A program made the translations under genes and the position numbers. The notes under the pieces are model-generated. The model did not search any database. It was given only the letters and a program-made list of their open reading frames with translations, and was not told where the DNA came from. From an uncultured Verrucomicrobiae bacterium (lineage in GTDB: Bacteria > Verrucomicrobiota > Verrucomicrobiia > Chthoniobacterales > Chthoniobacteraceae), in NCBI GenBank assembly GCA_963769025.1, contig CAVYKI010000009.1, positions 352,001-416,000 on the forward strand: a stretch of DNA of 64,000 bases, written 5' to 3'. How positions within the stretch are numbered: position 1 is the stretch's first letter; the number at the start of each line of letters is the position of its first letter. Positions 45,680-55,487 of the stretch are shown piece after piece.

Positions 45680-46813
45680 TCAGCGTGGCGTGAGCCGGAC
45701 GGTGAGGGATTCGTAGCCGACTGCGCGGCGGTATTTTTCCTCGTTCTCAATTTTCTCCTGCGCTTCCAGCACGGTGATGCTGGCGACGCGGTCGCAGCAT
45801 TTTTGCAGCAGCGTGCGGAGGAGCAGGCGCGCGTGCGCCGCGCCGAGGCAAAGGTGCGTGCCGAGGCCGAATGCGACATGAGGATTCGGTTTGCGGTCGA
45901 GCCGCACTTCGCCGGGGGCGTCGAATGCGGCCTCGTCCCGATTTGCCGATGCCCAGCAGAGCGAAACGCGGCCGCCGGCCGGGACTGTAACGCCGTGGAC
46001 ATCGGTCTCGACCGGGCAGACGCGGCCGATGTGCGTGAGCGGCGTGATGACGCGGAAGAATTCCTCGCTCGCATGGACGATTCGCGCGGAGTCTTCGCGC
46101 AGGAACCCGAGCGCTTCCGGGTGATGACCGAGGTGAGCGATGACGGAGGAAATGGTGTGGATGACCGTGTCGCGGCCTCCGGCAAAAGTGAGGTTTGCAA
46201 AGCCCATCATCTCCTCGCGGGTGAGCGTCCGTCCGCGGAACGTCGCCTTCGTTAGCGCGCTGAAAAAATCATCGCAGGGAGTCGCCGCGGCGCGGTCGAA
46301 CTGCCGTTGCAGATACGTTTCCAGCGCCGCGCCCTTCGAGCCACCGTCGCGGAAGACATGGATGCCCCAGCTTGTCCATGTTTCGGCCTCGGCCTCAGCA
46401 ACGTTGAGCAGATAGGTAAGCGCGTGCGACTGGATGGGCAGGGCGAATTCGCGGACGATCTCGATGGATTCGCGGCCCAGCGCGGCGGTGAGCATTTCGT
46501 CGAAGAGCGATTCCACCTTCGCGATGACTGCCGGGTCCTTGGCACGGCGGAAGAATGGCTCGACGATTTCCCGATAATCGGTGTGGTCGGGCGGATCCGT
46601 CTCGACGGGCAGCTGGCGCACCGTCCGCACGTCCTCTTCCGAGGGGATCGGCACGCGGAAGGGAGCATCCGAGCTGAACGTCTTCCAGTCCTTCGCGGCA
46701 CGGCGGACGTCCTCGTGGCGGAGGATCATCGGCACGCTTTCGCCCTGAAACTCACACTTGAGGACAGGTGCTGTTTTTCGTGCATCGCGAAAAGGATCGG
46801 GGGTGTCGCTCAT
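45680..46813 (-). CDS. Cytochrome P450
   Basis: DPPDHTDYR, FAGGRDT, EEFFR (ExxR), SANRD, FGLGTHLCLG. Confidence 0.95.
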   Translation of the reverse strand: MSDTPDPFRDARKTAPVLKCEFQGESVPMILRHEDVRRAAKDWKTFSSDAPFRVPIPSEEDVRTVRQLPVETDPPDHTDYREIVEPFFRRAKDPAVIAKVESLFDEMLTAALGRESIEIVREFALPIQSHALTYLLNVAEAEAETWTSWGIHVFRDGGSKGAALETYLQRQFDRAAATPCDDFFSALTKATFRGRTLTREEMMGFANLTFAGGRDTVIHTISSVIAHLGHHPEALGFLREDSARIVHASEEFFRVITPLTHIGRVCPVETDVHGVTVPAGGRVSLCWASANRDEAAFDAPGEVRLDRKPNPHVAFGLGTHLCLGAAHARLLLRTLLQKCCDRVASITVLEAQEKIENEEKYRRAVGYESLTVRLTPR

Positions 46814-46924
46814 GAGCTGCTGGCGTGGTCGCGGGACTTTGTCCGTCGCGGATGTGGATTCAAGGCAAAGCAGGGGCGCATTTGTCCTCGACTCCCCATG
46901 CCCCGTGCGTTCGGATTGCCGCGC

Positions 46925-47296
46925 ATGAGACGGATTCTTCTATTGGCGGTAATGGGAGTCCTCGCAGGATGTGTGGGAAACTTCGGCGGACCGCCGCCGA
47001 AGAATGCGGGTGATTCACACGAAGGGGGCGAGCCGATTACGGAGGCTGCGTTGGGCGTGAAATTTTACCCCGGTTCATGCGTCGTCATCGGTGGAGTGGC
47101 GGACGACGTGGTCAGTGCAAACCTGGAGACGGGCGATGCTCCGGAAAAGGTCGGGGCGTTCTACCAGGCGGAACTCGGGCTGGCGCCGGATCCCGCGATG
47201 AGGCGCGTGACGGGAACGAAAGGCGGCCGCCATTATGTGATCAGCATCGTGCCGTATGGCGAAGGCTCGACGATTTCGATCATCGGGAAAAAGTGA
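46925..47296 (+). CDS. Hypothetical lipoprotein
   Basis: MRRILLLAVMGVLAGC lipobox. Confidence 0.75.
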   Translation: MRRILLLAVMGVLAGCVGNFGGPPPKNAGDSHEGGEPITEAALGVKFYPGSCVVIGGVADDVVSANLETGDAPEKVGAFYQAELGLAPDPAMRRVTGTKGGRHYVISIVPYGEGSTISIIGKK

Positions 47297-47362
47297 GCGG
47301 AGGCTTCGGGTGCTGGGGCGAACAAGTTTGACTGCCGGGGAATGGCGGAAAGACTGCGCGGG

Positions 47363-48313
47363 ATGAACCCCCGGAAATTCCTTTTTGCCCTCTCCACCTT
47401 CGCCCTCACCTGCACCCGCATCGCCGCCGATGCGCCGTTCACGGATCCGGCTGCGGCTGGCGTGGATTTCCAAATGCAGGGCGAATACGCGGGCGAGAAC
47501 TGCGGCGCGCAGGTCATCGCGCTGGGGGATGGAAAGTTTCATCTCGTCGGATGGGGCAAGGGACTGCCGGGGCAGGTGCCGGATGTGGTGAAGGAGCAGG
47601 CGATCGATGGCGTGCTGGAAAACGGCGCCGTGCATTTCAAGAACGCCGACTGGGACGCGACGCTGAAGGACGGCGAGATCAAGGGTACGAGCAAGGGCGG
47701 TGAGGCGCGCACGCTGAAGAAGGTGGAGCGCAAATCTCCGACCCTCGGGGCGAAGCCGCCCGCGGGCGCGATTGTGCTTTTCGACGGCACCGATGCCGAT
47801 GCGTGGAAGAACGGGAAGATGGACAAGAACGGGAATCTGCAATGCGGCACGGTGAGCAAGCAGGAGTTCGGCGACTTCACGCTGCACATCGAATTCCGCA
47901 CGCCGTTCAAGCCCGCCGCGCGCGGGCAGGGACGCGGGAACAGCGGCGTCTATCTGCAGGATCGCTTCGAGGTGCAGGTGCTGGATTCCTTCGGGCTCAA
48001 GGGCGAAAACAACGAGTGCGGCGGCATCTACACGAAGCACAAGCCGAGGGTGAACATGTGCTTCCCGCCGCTGAGCTGGCAGACGTACGACGTGGATTTT
48101 CAGAGCGCAAAATGGGACGCCGACGGGAAGAAGACGAAGAACGCGGTCGTGACGGTGAAGCACAATGGCGTGCTCATTCACGACCATGTGGAAGTGGACA
48201 GTTCGACGGGTTCCTCCGGGCGCAAGGATGGTCCGGGGCCCGGTCCGATTCAGCTCCAGAACCACGGCAATCCGGTGGTGTTCCGGAATGTGTGGGTGGT
48301 GGAGAAAAGGTAG
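47363..48313 (+). CDS. DUF1080 (3-keto-disaccharide hydrolase-like) protein
   Basis: IVLFDG, FGDFTLHIEF, GNSGVY, EVQVLDS, GPIQLQNHGNPVVFRNVWV. Confidence 0.92.
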   Translation: MNPRKFLFALSTFALTCTRIAADAPFTDPAAAGVDFQMQGEYAGENCGAQVIALGDGKFHLVGWGKGLPGQVPDVVKEQAIDGVLENGAVHFKNADWDATLKDGEIKGTSKGGEARTLKKVERKSPTLGAKPPAGAIVLFDGTDADAWKNGKMDKNGNLQCGTVSKQEFGDFTLHIEFRTPFKPAARGQGRGNSGVYLQDRFEVQVLDSFGLKGENNECGGIYTKHKPRVNMCFPPLSWQTYDVDFQSAKWDADGKKTKNAVVTVKHNGVLIHDHVEVDSSTGSSGRKDGPGPGPIQLQNHGNPVVFRNVWVVEKR

Positions 48314-48404
48314 GGCGCGTTCGCCAAACGCGCCCTGATCTGCGGGGCGCGGCTGATTCACCAAGGGGCGCAATAAGTGGGACGGCTCGGCGAGCCGTCC
48401 CTAC
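48310..48404. repeat. Inverted pair of GTAG-type REP elements
   Basis: GTAGGGCGCGTTCGCCAAACGCGCCC (48310-48335, +) and GTAGGGACGGCTCGCCGAGCCGTCCC (48379-48404, -). Confidence 0.8.
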
Positions 48405-50983
48405 CTCGAGTCGCGGTGCTGGAAGCGTGCGCCGTCGAGGCGCTGGGTGCCGGGGCCGCCGAAGCGCACTTCCAGCCGCGGTGCGCCGCTGGCCTTTGCC
48501 TCGATGCGCAGCAGGTGCCGGCCGGGCGCGAGGTGGACGGGGACAAACCACCATTCGCGGCCGCGCGGCCAGTCCTGCGGTTTGCCATCCACGAGCACAC
48601 GCATGCCGGCGGGACCGTGGAGTTGGAATTGATACACATCGGTGGCGGGAACCTTGAACCACGCCTCGATCGTGAAGGTGTCGTTCTCCGCGACGCCCGC
48701 CTTTTGCAGCCAGTCGCCCGCGCCCGTGTCTGTCACGACGACGGGTTTGCCGCCGGCCGGCGTGACGGTGAAACCATTCGCGAGGACGAGGCGCGAGGAA
48801 GCGGCGGTCGGCTGAAGCGGGGCCGGGGGATTGATGCGCAGCGTGATGGGCTCGGCGAGGAGTTGCTTCGAGTCGCCCAGGGTGGCCACGGCATGGATGC
48901 GGACCGGGCCCTGCCCGAGGACGCGCGGGTCGATCGTCGCGGAGCCGCTGTCGCCGGAGATGCGGCCGACTTCGTCCATGCCGTGAAAGAACACGATCGT
49001 GGTCGCGCCGGGTGCGGTGGCGGTGAGGACGAGCGGCTTGTCCCACGCGATGGAACCGGATGGCGCGGTGACGCGGAGTTCAGCGTCGCCATTGCGGAAG
49101 ACGACGGGGATTCGCACGCTGCCGTTGGTGATGGCGCCGTCGTTGCCGGTGGCTGCGATCACGAGTTCGTGCGGGCCGTCGGCGGCGTCGGCGGTGTTGA
49201 AGTCGAGCGGCTTGCCGGGCGGCGCGGCGGCGACGCGGCGGCCGTCGAGGAAGAGTTCGAATGTGCCCGTGGTGACGCCGTCCGAGGAACGGGTGGTGGG
49301 GGAGACGCGGAGCCGGCCTTTCAGGATCGTGCCGGGCGTGAGGTCGCCGGGGAGCACGGTGAGTTCCTTTTTCCAAGGTGCGCAAAGGGCGTCGCCGACG
49401 ATGAGCAGCTGGTAGGGGCCGGCGAGCGACTGGTAGAACGCCTCGGCGAGCGTGCAGCCCATGGCGTAGTGGTAGTGAACGAATGGCGTCGGGAATTTCG
49501 CCTGGATGGCGTAGGGCTCGGTGACGGTGCCGCTTGCGCCGCCCGCGCCGGCGCGGATGAATTCCGTGAGCGGCGTCTGCCCGTCGCTCTCGCCGAACGC
49601 GCCGCCGAAGCTCGTGAGATTGTCGCCGATGGCGCCGGGCAGCAGCTTGCTGCCGCTCGTCTCCCACGAAAAGGACGCGGCGCCGATGGTGACGCCGGCG
49701 ACGTCGCCTTTGTTCCTCGGCAGGACGCCCTCCTCGATGGATGACCAGATGCCGATGTCGCGGAGCTTTTCCGACGCGCGGCGGAATCCCCACTCGCGCG
49801 TGGTGGAGCGCACGTCGCGGTTTTCCATGAAATAGACGGTGCCCTTTGGCCTCGAACCGTCGGCGGCGATGGAGCGCTTCAGGTTGCCGATGGCCTCGGC
49901 GACGGAATTGCCGCGCCCGCTCGTGCAGGCGAGGACGGTGGACAGCATGTAGCGGATGCCTTTGTCCGGCGCCACCGGCTGTCCGCTCGGGAGCCAGCCG
50001 ACGCTCGAACGGAATCCGCTCGTGGGGATGAGGTCGAATTTCGAGAGCTTTGCGCGGGCGACGAGGATCTGGAAATCCTCGCGTCCGCGGATGCTCGCGA
50101 GGTCGGGATCCTGCTCCGCCGCGCGCATGTCCCACCAGCCGTGATCCACGGCTTCGCGCAATGCGCTGATGGCGGCGATGGCGTTGCCGAGGCGCGCGTG
50201 CATGCACGCGAGATTGTAGAGCAGCTCGGTGCTCGTCGGGTGGTCCTTTTTGAGGGCGAGGAGCTTTTCGAGGAGCGGCTGCAGTCCGTTGTCGGCCGGG
50301 GCTGGGGAATTCGACAGAACGGGCGGCGGGGGAATGGATTTGTCGGGACCCGGCGCAGCCTCGCCGCTCTTCGAGCGCAGCGCGGCGATGACTTCGGCGT
50401 AGGTCTTTTTGTCCTCCTCGCTCCAGTCGGTCTGCGGCTGCGATTGGGCGGGTTGGCGGTAGTAAAAATTGACGTTGAGACCCAGGTAGCCGGGGTTCTT
50501 TGCCATGGTGAACGGGTAGAGATACGTGAGCCCGTTGATGGCGGCCGGCTGCGTGATCGCCTTGGGCAGCGGCCTGCCGCCGAGGTCAGCGGTGACGTCG
50601 ATCGCCGTCGGGAAATCCGCGCTGTAGAGCAGGTAATCAATCTGCGGGGCGAGGCCGCGCTGCTCCGCGGCCTGCAGCGCAGGCGTGAGGATGTGCGTGC
50701 GAAAGTCCTCGACGCTCATGCGCTCGAAGGACGGCAGATTCCGGAGGCGCACGACATTCGCCGCCGGGATCCGCCGCCCGGCGATGTATTCGTTTGCGAC
50801 GAAGGTGGAGGCCCAGCTGTCGGCGTTCACCACGATCATCGCATTCTCCGGTCCGCCGGCAGCGAGCGCGGGCGCGGCGGACACGGTGGCGATGCCTGCC
50901 GCGACAAGTGCGCGGAGCTTTCCTGAAAAGCGGAGCGTGGGCTGGTGTCCGTTGCGTGCGGGCATGGGCGGGGTGGTTTCCAT
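48401..50983 (-). CDS. TIGR03790-family secreted protein with TPR-like insert and C-terminal beta domains
   Basis: AGGPENAMIVVNADS, LPGAIGDNLTSFGG, GASGTVTEPYA, TLAEAFY, LLIVGDAL; YNLAC...LREAVDHGW TPR-like insert; start approximate. Confidence 0.8.
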   Translation of the reverse strand: METTPPMPARNGHQPTLRFSGKLRALVAAGIATVSAAPALAAGGPENAMIVVNADSWASTFVANEYIAGRRIPAANVVRLRNLPSFERMSVEDFRTHILTPALQAAEQRGLAPQIDYLLYSADFPTAIDVTADLGGRPLPKAITQPAAINGLTYLYPFTMAKNPGYLGLNVNFYYRQPAQSQPQTDWSEEDKKTYAEVIAALRSKSGEAAPGPDKSIPPPPVLSNSPAPADNGLQPLLEKLLALKKDHPTSTELLYNLACMHARLGNAIAAISALREAVDHGWWDMRAAEQDPDLASIRGREDFQILVARAKLSKFDLIPTSGFRSSVGWLPSGQPVAPDKGIRYMLSTVLACTSGRGNSVAEAIGNLKRSIAADGSRPKGTVYFMENRDVRSTTREWGFRRASEKLRDIGIWSSIEEGVLPRNKGDVAGVTIGAASFSWETSGSKLLPGAIGDNLTSFGGAFGESDGQTPLTEFIRAGAGGASGTVTEPYAIQAKFPTPFVHYHYAMGCTLAEAFYQSLAGPYQLLIVGDALCAPWKKELTVLPGDLTPGTILKGRLRVSPTTRSSDGVTTGTFELFLDGRRVAAAPPGKPLDFNTADAADGPHELVIAATGNDGAITNGSVRIPVVFRNGDAELRVTAPSGSIAWDKPLVLTATAPGATTIVFFHGMDEVGRISGDSGSATIDPRVLGQGPVRIHAVATLGDSKQLLAEPITLRINPPAPLQPTAASSRLVLANGFTVTPAGGKPVVVTDTGAGDWLQKAGVAENDTFTIEAWFKVPATDVYQFQLHGPAGMRVLVDGKPQDWPRGREWWFVPVHLAPGRHLLRIEAKASGAPRLEVRFGGPGTQRLDGARFQHRDSR

Positions 50984-51074
50984 CGCTGAAGACGCTGAAA
51001 AAGGAAACCTGAATCCGGCTTTGGTTTCAGCGGCTTCTTGCCACGTGCGGAGAAAGATGCAGCATCGCCGCGCT

Positions 51075-52574
51075 TTGAACGAAACCGCAATCATCGTCGC
51101 CACCTTGCTGGGCACCGCCTTGGGCGCGGTGGTGATGTGGCTTTTCATCCGGCAGCGGACGCTGGCAGCCGTGGCGGAGAAGGAACGCGAAGGCGCGGAG
51201 GCCGGTGCGCGGTTGCGGCAGGAGCACTCGGCGGCGATGCTGGATGTCTCGACACGGCTGGCGACCGCGGAGGCGCAGGCCACGGCGGGGACGGCCCGCG
51301 TGCAGGAATTGCAGCGAGAGCTCGCGGAGCGCGGGACCGTGCTTGATGAGGTGCGCAAGGAACGCGACGCCGCCGCGGTGCGGGCCGCCGAGCTGGAGAT
51401 GCAGCTCGCCGAGGAGCGCCAGCAGTCGGTGGAAAAGCTCGCGGTGCTGGAGGACGCAAAGAACAGGCTCACCGATACCTTCCGCGCGCTCAGCGCCGAT
51501 GCGCTCAACCAGAACAACGAATCGTTCCTCGCGCTCGCGAAATCCAAGCTCGGCGAATTCCAAAAGGAGGCGAGCGGCGACCTCGCGCAGAAGCACCAGG
51601 CGATCGCCGAGCTGCTCAAGCCCGTCGGCGAATCGCTCAGCAAGGTGGACGACCACATCCGCCAGATGGAGGAGAAGCGCGCGAATGCCTACGGCGAGCT
51701 GCAGTCGCAGGTGAAGACGATGACCGAGACGCAGCAGGAACTCCGCAGCGAAACCGGGCGGCTGGTGAATGTGCTGCGCTCGTCGGGTTCGCGCGGGCGC
51801 TGGGGGGAAATCCAACTCCGTCGCGTCGTGGAGCTGGCTGGGATGCAGGATCACTGCGACTTTTTCGAGCAGAAGAACGTGGAGAGCGAAGGCAGCCGGC
51901 TGCGGCCCGACATGGTCGTGAAGATGCCCGGAGGAAAGACGGTCGTCGTGGATTCCAAGGTGCCATTCAGCGCGTACGAGCGCGCGGTGACCGCCGAAAA
52001 CGAAGCCGCCAGGACGCTGGCGTACCGTGAGCACGCCGCGGCGGTGCGGGACCACATCAAGCAGCTCTCGGGAAAGGGCTACTGGGAGCAGTTCGACAAC
52101 GCGCCGGAATTTGTCGTCCTCTTTCTTCCCGCGGAGACATTCTTCGGCGCTGCGGTGGAATATGATCCGGAGCTCATCGAGTTCAGCGCGAGGAATCACG
52201 TGATGATCACCACGCCGATGACGCTCATCGCGCTGTTGCGCGCGGTGTACTATGGCTGGCGGCACGAGAAGCTGGCGGAGAACGCGGAGCAAATCAGCGA
52301 CCTCGGGCGCGACCTTTACGAACGTCTCAGCACGCTCGGCGATCACATGTCGAAACTCGGGAAGCATCTCGACAACGCGGTGGACAGTTACAACCGTGCG
52401 GCCGGTTCGCTGGAAACCCGCGTGCTGGTAAATGCGCGGCGTTTCAAGGAACTCCAGGCGGCGCCGCCCGACAAGGAACTCAAACCGCTCGACCCCATCG
52501 AGCACACCACCCGGAAACTCCAGGCGCCGGAGCTGCAGCCGGCCGCCGCCGGTCAGCCGGCACCCGTAGAATAG
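51075..52574 (+). CDS. rmuC: DNA recombination protein RmuC
   Basis: N-terminal TM plus coiled coil; RGRWGEIQL, RPDMVV, VVDSKVP, EFVVLFLPAE; start approximate. Confidence 0.93.
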   Translation: MNETAIIVATLLGTALGAVVMWLFIRQRTLAAVAEKEREGAEAGARLRQEHSAAMLDVSTRLATAEAQATAGTARVQELQRELAERGTVLDEVRKERDAAAVRAAELEMQLAEERQQSVEKLAVLEDAKNRLTDTFRALSADALNQNNESFLALAKSKLGEFQKEASGDLAQKHQAIAELLKPVGESLSKVDDHIRQMEEKRANAYGELQSQVKTMTETQQELRSETGRLVNVLRSSGSRGRWGEIQLRRVVELAGMQDHCDFFEQKNVESEGSRLRPDMVVKMPGGKTVVVDSKVPFSAYERAVTAENEAARTLAYREHAAAVRDHIKQLSGKGYWEQFDNAPEFVVLFLPAETFFGAAVEYDPELIEFSARNHVMITTPMTLIALLRAVYYGWRHEKLAENAEQISDLGRDLYERLSTLGDHMSKLGKHLDNAVDSYNRAAGSLETRVLVNARRFKELQAAPPDKELKPLDPIEHTTRKLQAPELQPAAAGQPAPVE

Positions 52575-52584
52575 CAATCCTCCC

Positions 52585-53625
52585 ATGAACTGGTTCCAAC
52601 TTGAATTCGGCGACTTCGCCAAGGCGTTTCTCAGCGTGCTCTTTGAAGGCGCGCCTTTCCTGCTGCTCGGCGCGCTCATCTCAGGTTTTGTCGATGTATT
52701 CGTCTCCTCCGAGCGCATCACGAAGCTGCTCCCGTCGCGGCCCGGCCCGGCGATTTTCCTCGCGGGGCTGCTCGGCCTCGTCTTCCCGATCTGCGAATGC
52801 GGCAGCGTCATCATCGTCCGCCGTTTCATCCGCAAGGGCATGCCGCTCGGCGTGGCGACGTGCTACATGCTCGCGGCGCCCATCGTCAGCCCCATCGTCG
52901 CGCTGAGCACGTTCAAGGCATTCACCGGGCAGGATCCGTGGCTCATGCTCAGCCTGCGGCTGGGGTTCGGATACGCCATCGCGGTGATTGTCGCGCTCAT
53001 CGTGCATCAGCTACCGCGCCGCCTCGTGGTAGCGACAAACACCGCCGACGCGGCCGCACGCAAGCGCACGGGCCTCAGCATCTCGTCGGAAACCAGCGCC
53101 GATGCCGCCCCGCTCGATTTCGCGCAAGTCGTCGCGAAGGCCTCGCCGTGGCGCAAGGTGATGCTCGCCATCCAGTCCGCCACCGCGGACTTCCTCGATG
53201 TCACGGTGTTCTTCGTCATCGGCACGGCGATCACCAGCGTCTTCGCGGTCGGCGTGAACCGCGAATTCATCGCCCCGTTCGCGGAGTCGCCGTTCCTTTC
53301 CGTCGTCTCGCTCATGGTGCTCGCCGCGCTGCTCGCGCTGTGCAGCACCACGGACGCGTTTGTCGCCGCCACGCAGCTCGCCGCGTTTTCGCCTGCGGCA
53401 AAGCTCGCCTTCCTCCTCTTCGGCCCGGTCTTCGATCTGAAGCTCTTCTGGCTCTACGGCCTCATCTTTCGTCGCCGCTTCGTCATCCTCATGGCCGTGG
53501 GACTCTTTGCGCTCATCGCATTCATCTGCTGGATCTGGGCAGGCATCGAGACCCGTCCCGGTGAAGCGGGCATCTTTCTCGAATCGCCCGTTTGCCTCCC
53601 AGCCCAAACGCCGCTACCCTCCTGA
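52585..53625 (+). CDS. DUF318 (YcgR-like) permease
   Basis: FPICECG, MLAAPIVSP, LCSTTDAF, FGPVFDLK. Confidence 0.88.
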   Translation: MNWFQLEFGDFAKAFLSVLFEGAPFLLLGALISGFVDVFVSSERITKLLPSRPGPAIFLAGLLGLVFPICECGSVIIVRRFIRKGMPLGVATCYMLAAPIVSPIVALSTFKAFTGQDPWLMLSLRLGFGYAIAVIVALIVHQLPRRLVVATNTADAAARKRTGLSISSETSADAAPLDFAQVVAKASPWRKVMLAIQSATADFLDVTVFFVIGTAITSVFAVGVNREFIAPFAESPFLSVVSLMVLAALLALCSTTDAFVAATQLAAFSPAAKLAFLLFGPVFDLKLFWLYGLIFRRRFVILMAVGLFALIAFICWIWAGIETRPGEAGIFLESPVCLPAQTPLPS

Positions 53626-53627
53626 CC

Positions 53628-54530
53628 ATGCAATCCCTCTTCGCCCGCTGGCTGCCCGCGGCGACGCTCGCGACCTGGAGCGCCGTGCTGCTCTACTTCC
53701 ATTTCTCGCAGCGCATGGGGAACATGCTCGCGCCGGAATTTCGCGTTTACGCGCTCATCGCGGCCGTCGTGCTCGCCCTGATGGCGCTGAGCTTTGTCAT
53801 TTTCAAAGGCGACGCCACGTGCTGCTCCTCGGGCGAATGCGGGCACGGCCTCAGCCGCCTCGCAACCGGCAAGCTCATCACGTTTTTCATCCTCCTCGGC
53901 CCCATCGTCGTCGCCGCGCGCTACACGCCCAGCGAGGGATTCAGCAAGACCTTCGTCGAAAACCGCGGCACGGCCACTTCGATCGAGCAGCTCGGAACTT
54001 CCGTCTCACGCTCCTCCGACGGAAAATCCGACTACCGCAAACCCGTGGATCTCTCGCTTCCAAGCAAGGATGGCAGCCAGCCGCCATCGGGCGGCACGCC
54101 CGCGCCGACCGCCGGTTCACAGCCGCCGGCCGCGGAAAAGGCAGCCACCGACTACCTCGTGCGCACGCCCGACGGCCGCATCGTCGCCGAGGTCCTCGAC
54201 CTCCTGTACGCCGCGCAGGACAATCTGCTGCGCCAGGACTTCGAGGGCAAACCCGTCGAACTCATCGGCCAGTTCATGCCCGATTCATCGAACAATCCGG
54301 GCGCGACCCGCTTCAAGGCCGTCCGCATGTTCATGACCTGCTGCGCGGCTGACGCGCGGCCCGTCGCCACGCTCGTCGAAGCCGACACGCTCCCGCCGTT
54401 CCCCGAAATGACGTGGGTGAGAATCACCGGCGTTCCAAGTTTCCCCATCGAAAAAGGCCGCCGCATCTCCGTCCTCAAGGCCGAGAAAGTCGAAAAGACC
54501 GAGCCGCCGGCGGAGGCGATGATTTATTAG
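53628..54530 (+). CDS. TIGR03943/DUF1980 (YcgQ-like) permease subunit
   Basis: Three TM segments, CCSSGECGH, GKPVELIG, RMFMTCCAADA. Confidence 0.85.
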   Translation: MQSLFARWLPAATLATWSAVLLYFHFSQRMGNMLAPEFRVYALIAAVVLALMALSFVIFKGDATCCSSGECGHGLSRLATGKLITFFILLGPIVVAARYTPSEGFSKTFVENRGTATSIEQLGTSVSRSSDGKSDYRKPVDLSLPSKDGSQPPSGGTPAPTAGSQPPAAEKAATDYLVRTPDGRIVAEVLDLLYAAQDNLLRQDFEGKPVELIGQFMPDSSNNPGATRFKAVRMFMTCCAADARPVATLVEADTLPPFPEMTWVRITGVPSFPIEKGRRISVLKAEKVEKTEPPAEAMIY

Positions 54531-54582
54531 CGGACTTCGCACCCGCATTGACGCTGCGCGCGAACCTCCGCATGGTGCGGCG

Positions 54583-55287
54583 ATGCTCCCAGCCGTTACC
54601 CAACTCCTCGTCCTCCAGGATCGCGACAAAAAACTCCGCCAACTCAAACTTGAACTGAAACGCGCGCCGCTGGAGCGCAAGGACTTGGAATCCCGCACAG
54701 CCGGGACGACGAGCGCGCTCGATGCGGCGAAGCTGAAGGCGAAGGAAATCGAGATGAAGCGGAAGGAATTGGAGAACGAAGTCGGGACGCGGCGGCAGCG
54801 GATTCAAAAATACAATCAACAGAAACTGGAGACGAAGAAGAACGAGGAATACCAGGCCATCACGCACGCGATCGGGACGATCGAGAAGGAGATCACGGAA
54901 ATCGAGGATCGGGAATTGGAACTGATGGAGGCGGCGGAGAAGCAGAAGCCGGTCATCGCCGCGGCGGAAAAGGAAGCGGCAGCGATGAAGGCGCAGGCGG
55001 AGCGGCAGTTTGCGGATCTCGATGCGAAGGTGAAATCCATCGAGGCACAGGTGCTGGAGGTGCAGGCGGAGCGGGCGAAACTCGCTGCGGAAGTGGAGGA
55101 GGATTTGCTCGACACTTATCAACGGCTTTTCGACACGAAGGACGCGCAGGCGGTGGTGGCGCTGGTGAACGAGATATGCCAGGGCTGCCACGTGAAGTCG
55201 CAGACGCACATCGTCCACGCAGTGAAGGCGGGGAAGGCGGTGACGACATGTCTTTACTGCGGGCGGATTCTCTACCCGGAGAGCTGA
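54583..55287 (+). CDS. Coiled-coil C4-type zinc ribbon protein (DUF164; HP0958/CT398-like)
   Basis: LLVLQDRD, KKNEEYQA, long coiled coil, CQGCH...CLYCGRILY. Confidence 0.9.
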   Translation: MLPAVTQLLVLQDRDKKLRQLKLELKRAPLERKDLESRTAGTTSALDAAKLKAKEIEMKRKELENEVGTRRQRIQKYNQQKLETKKNEEYQAITHAIGTIEKEITEIEDRELELMEAAEKQKPVIAAAEKEAAAMKAQAERQFADLDAKVKSIEAQVLEVQAERAKLAAEVEEDLLDTYQRLFDTKDAQAVVALVNEICQGCHVKSQTHIVHAVKAGKAVTTCLYCGRILYPES

Positions 55288-55307
55288 GCGGAAGAATTCA
55301 GGAGGGA

Positions 55308-55451
55308 TCCGCAGATGACGCAGATTTTCGCAGAAAGAAAATCGGCAGCCGGAAATCACGAGCCGGAGCAACTTTCGAGGTGTTCGCCGGTCCGGACTCC
55401 ATTCCGGGCCGCTCTCGGCTCCAGTCTGCGTGAATCTGCGAAATCTGCGGA
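55308..55451. repeat. Inverted-repeat element built of CGCAGA units
   Basis: TCCGCAGATGACGCAGATTTTCGCAGA (55308-55334) and TCTGCGTGAATCTGCGAAATCTGCGGA (55425-55451); 23/27 complementary. Confidence 0.8.
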
Positions 55452-55487
55452 CAGTGACTTTGGACTCTTGGGCGGAGGCGGCCGGCT

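Noticed and set aside
55288..55487. Possible UBact/Pup gene upstream of pafA2
   Set aside because: No short acidic ORF ending in a GE/GQ-type tail; the gap is filled by the inverted-repeat element
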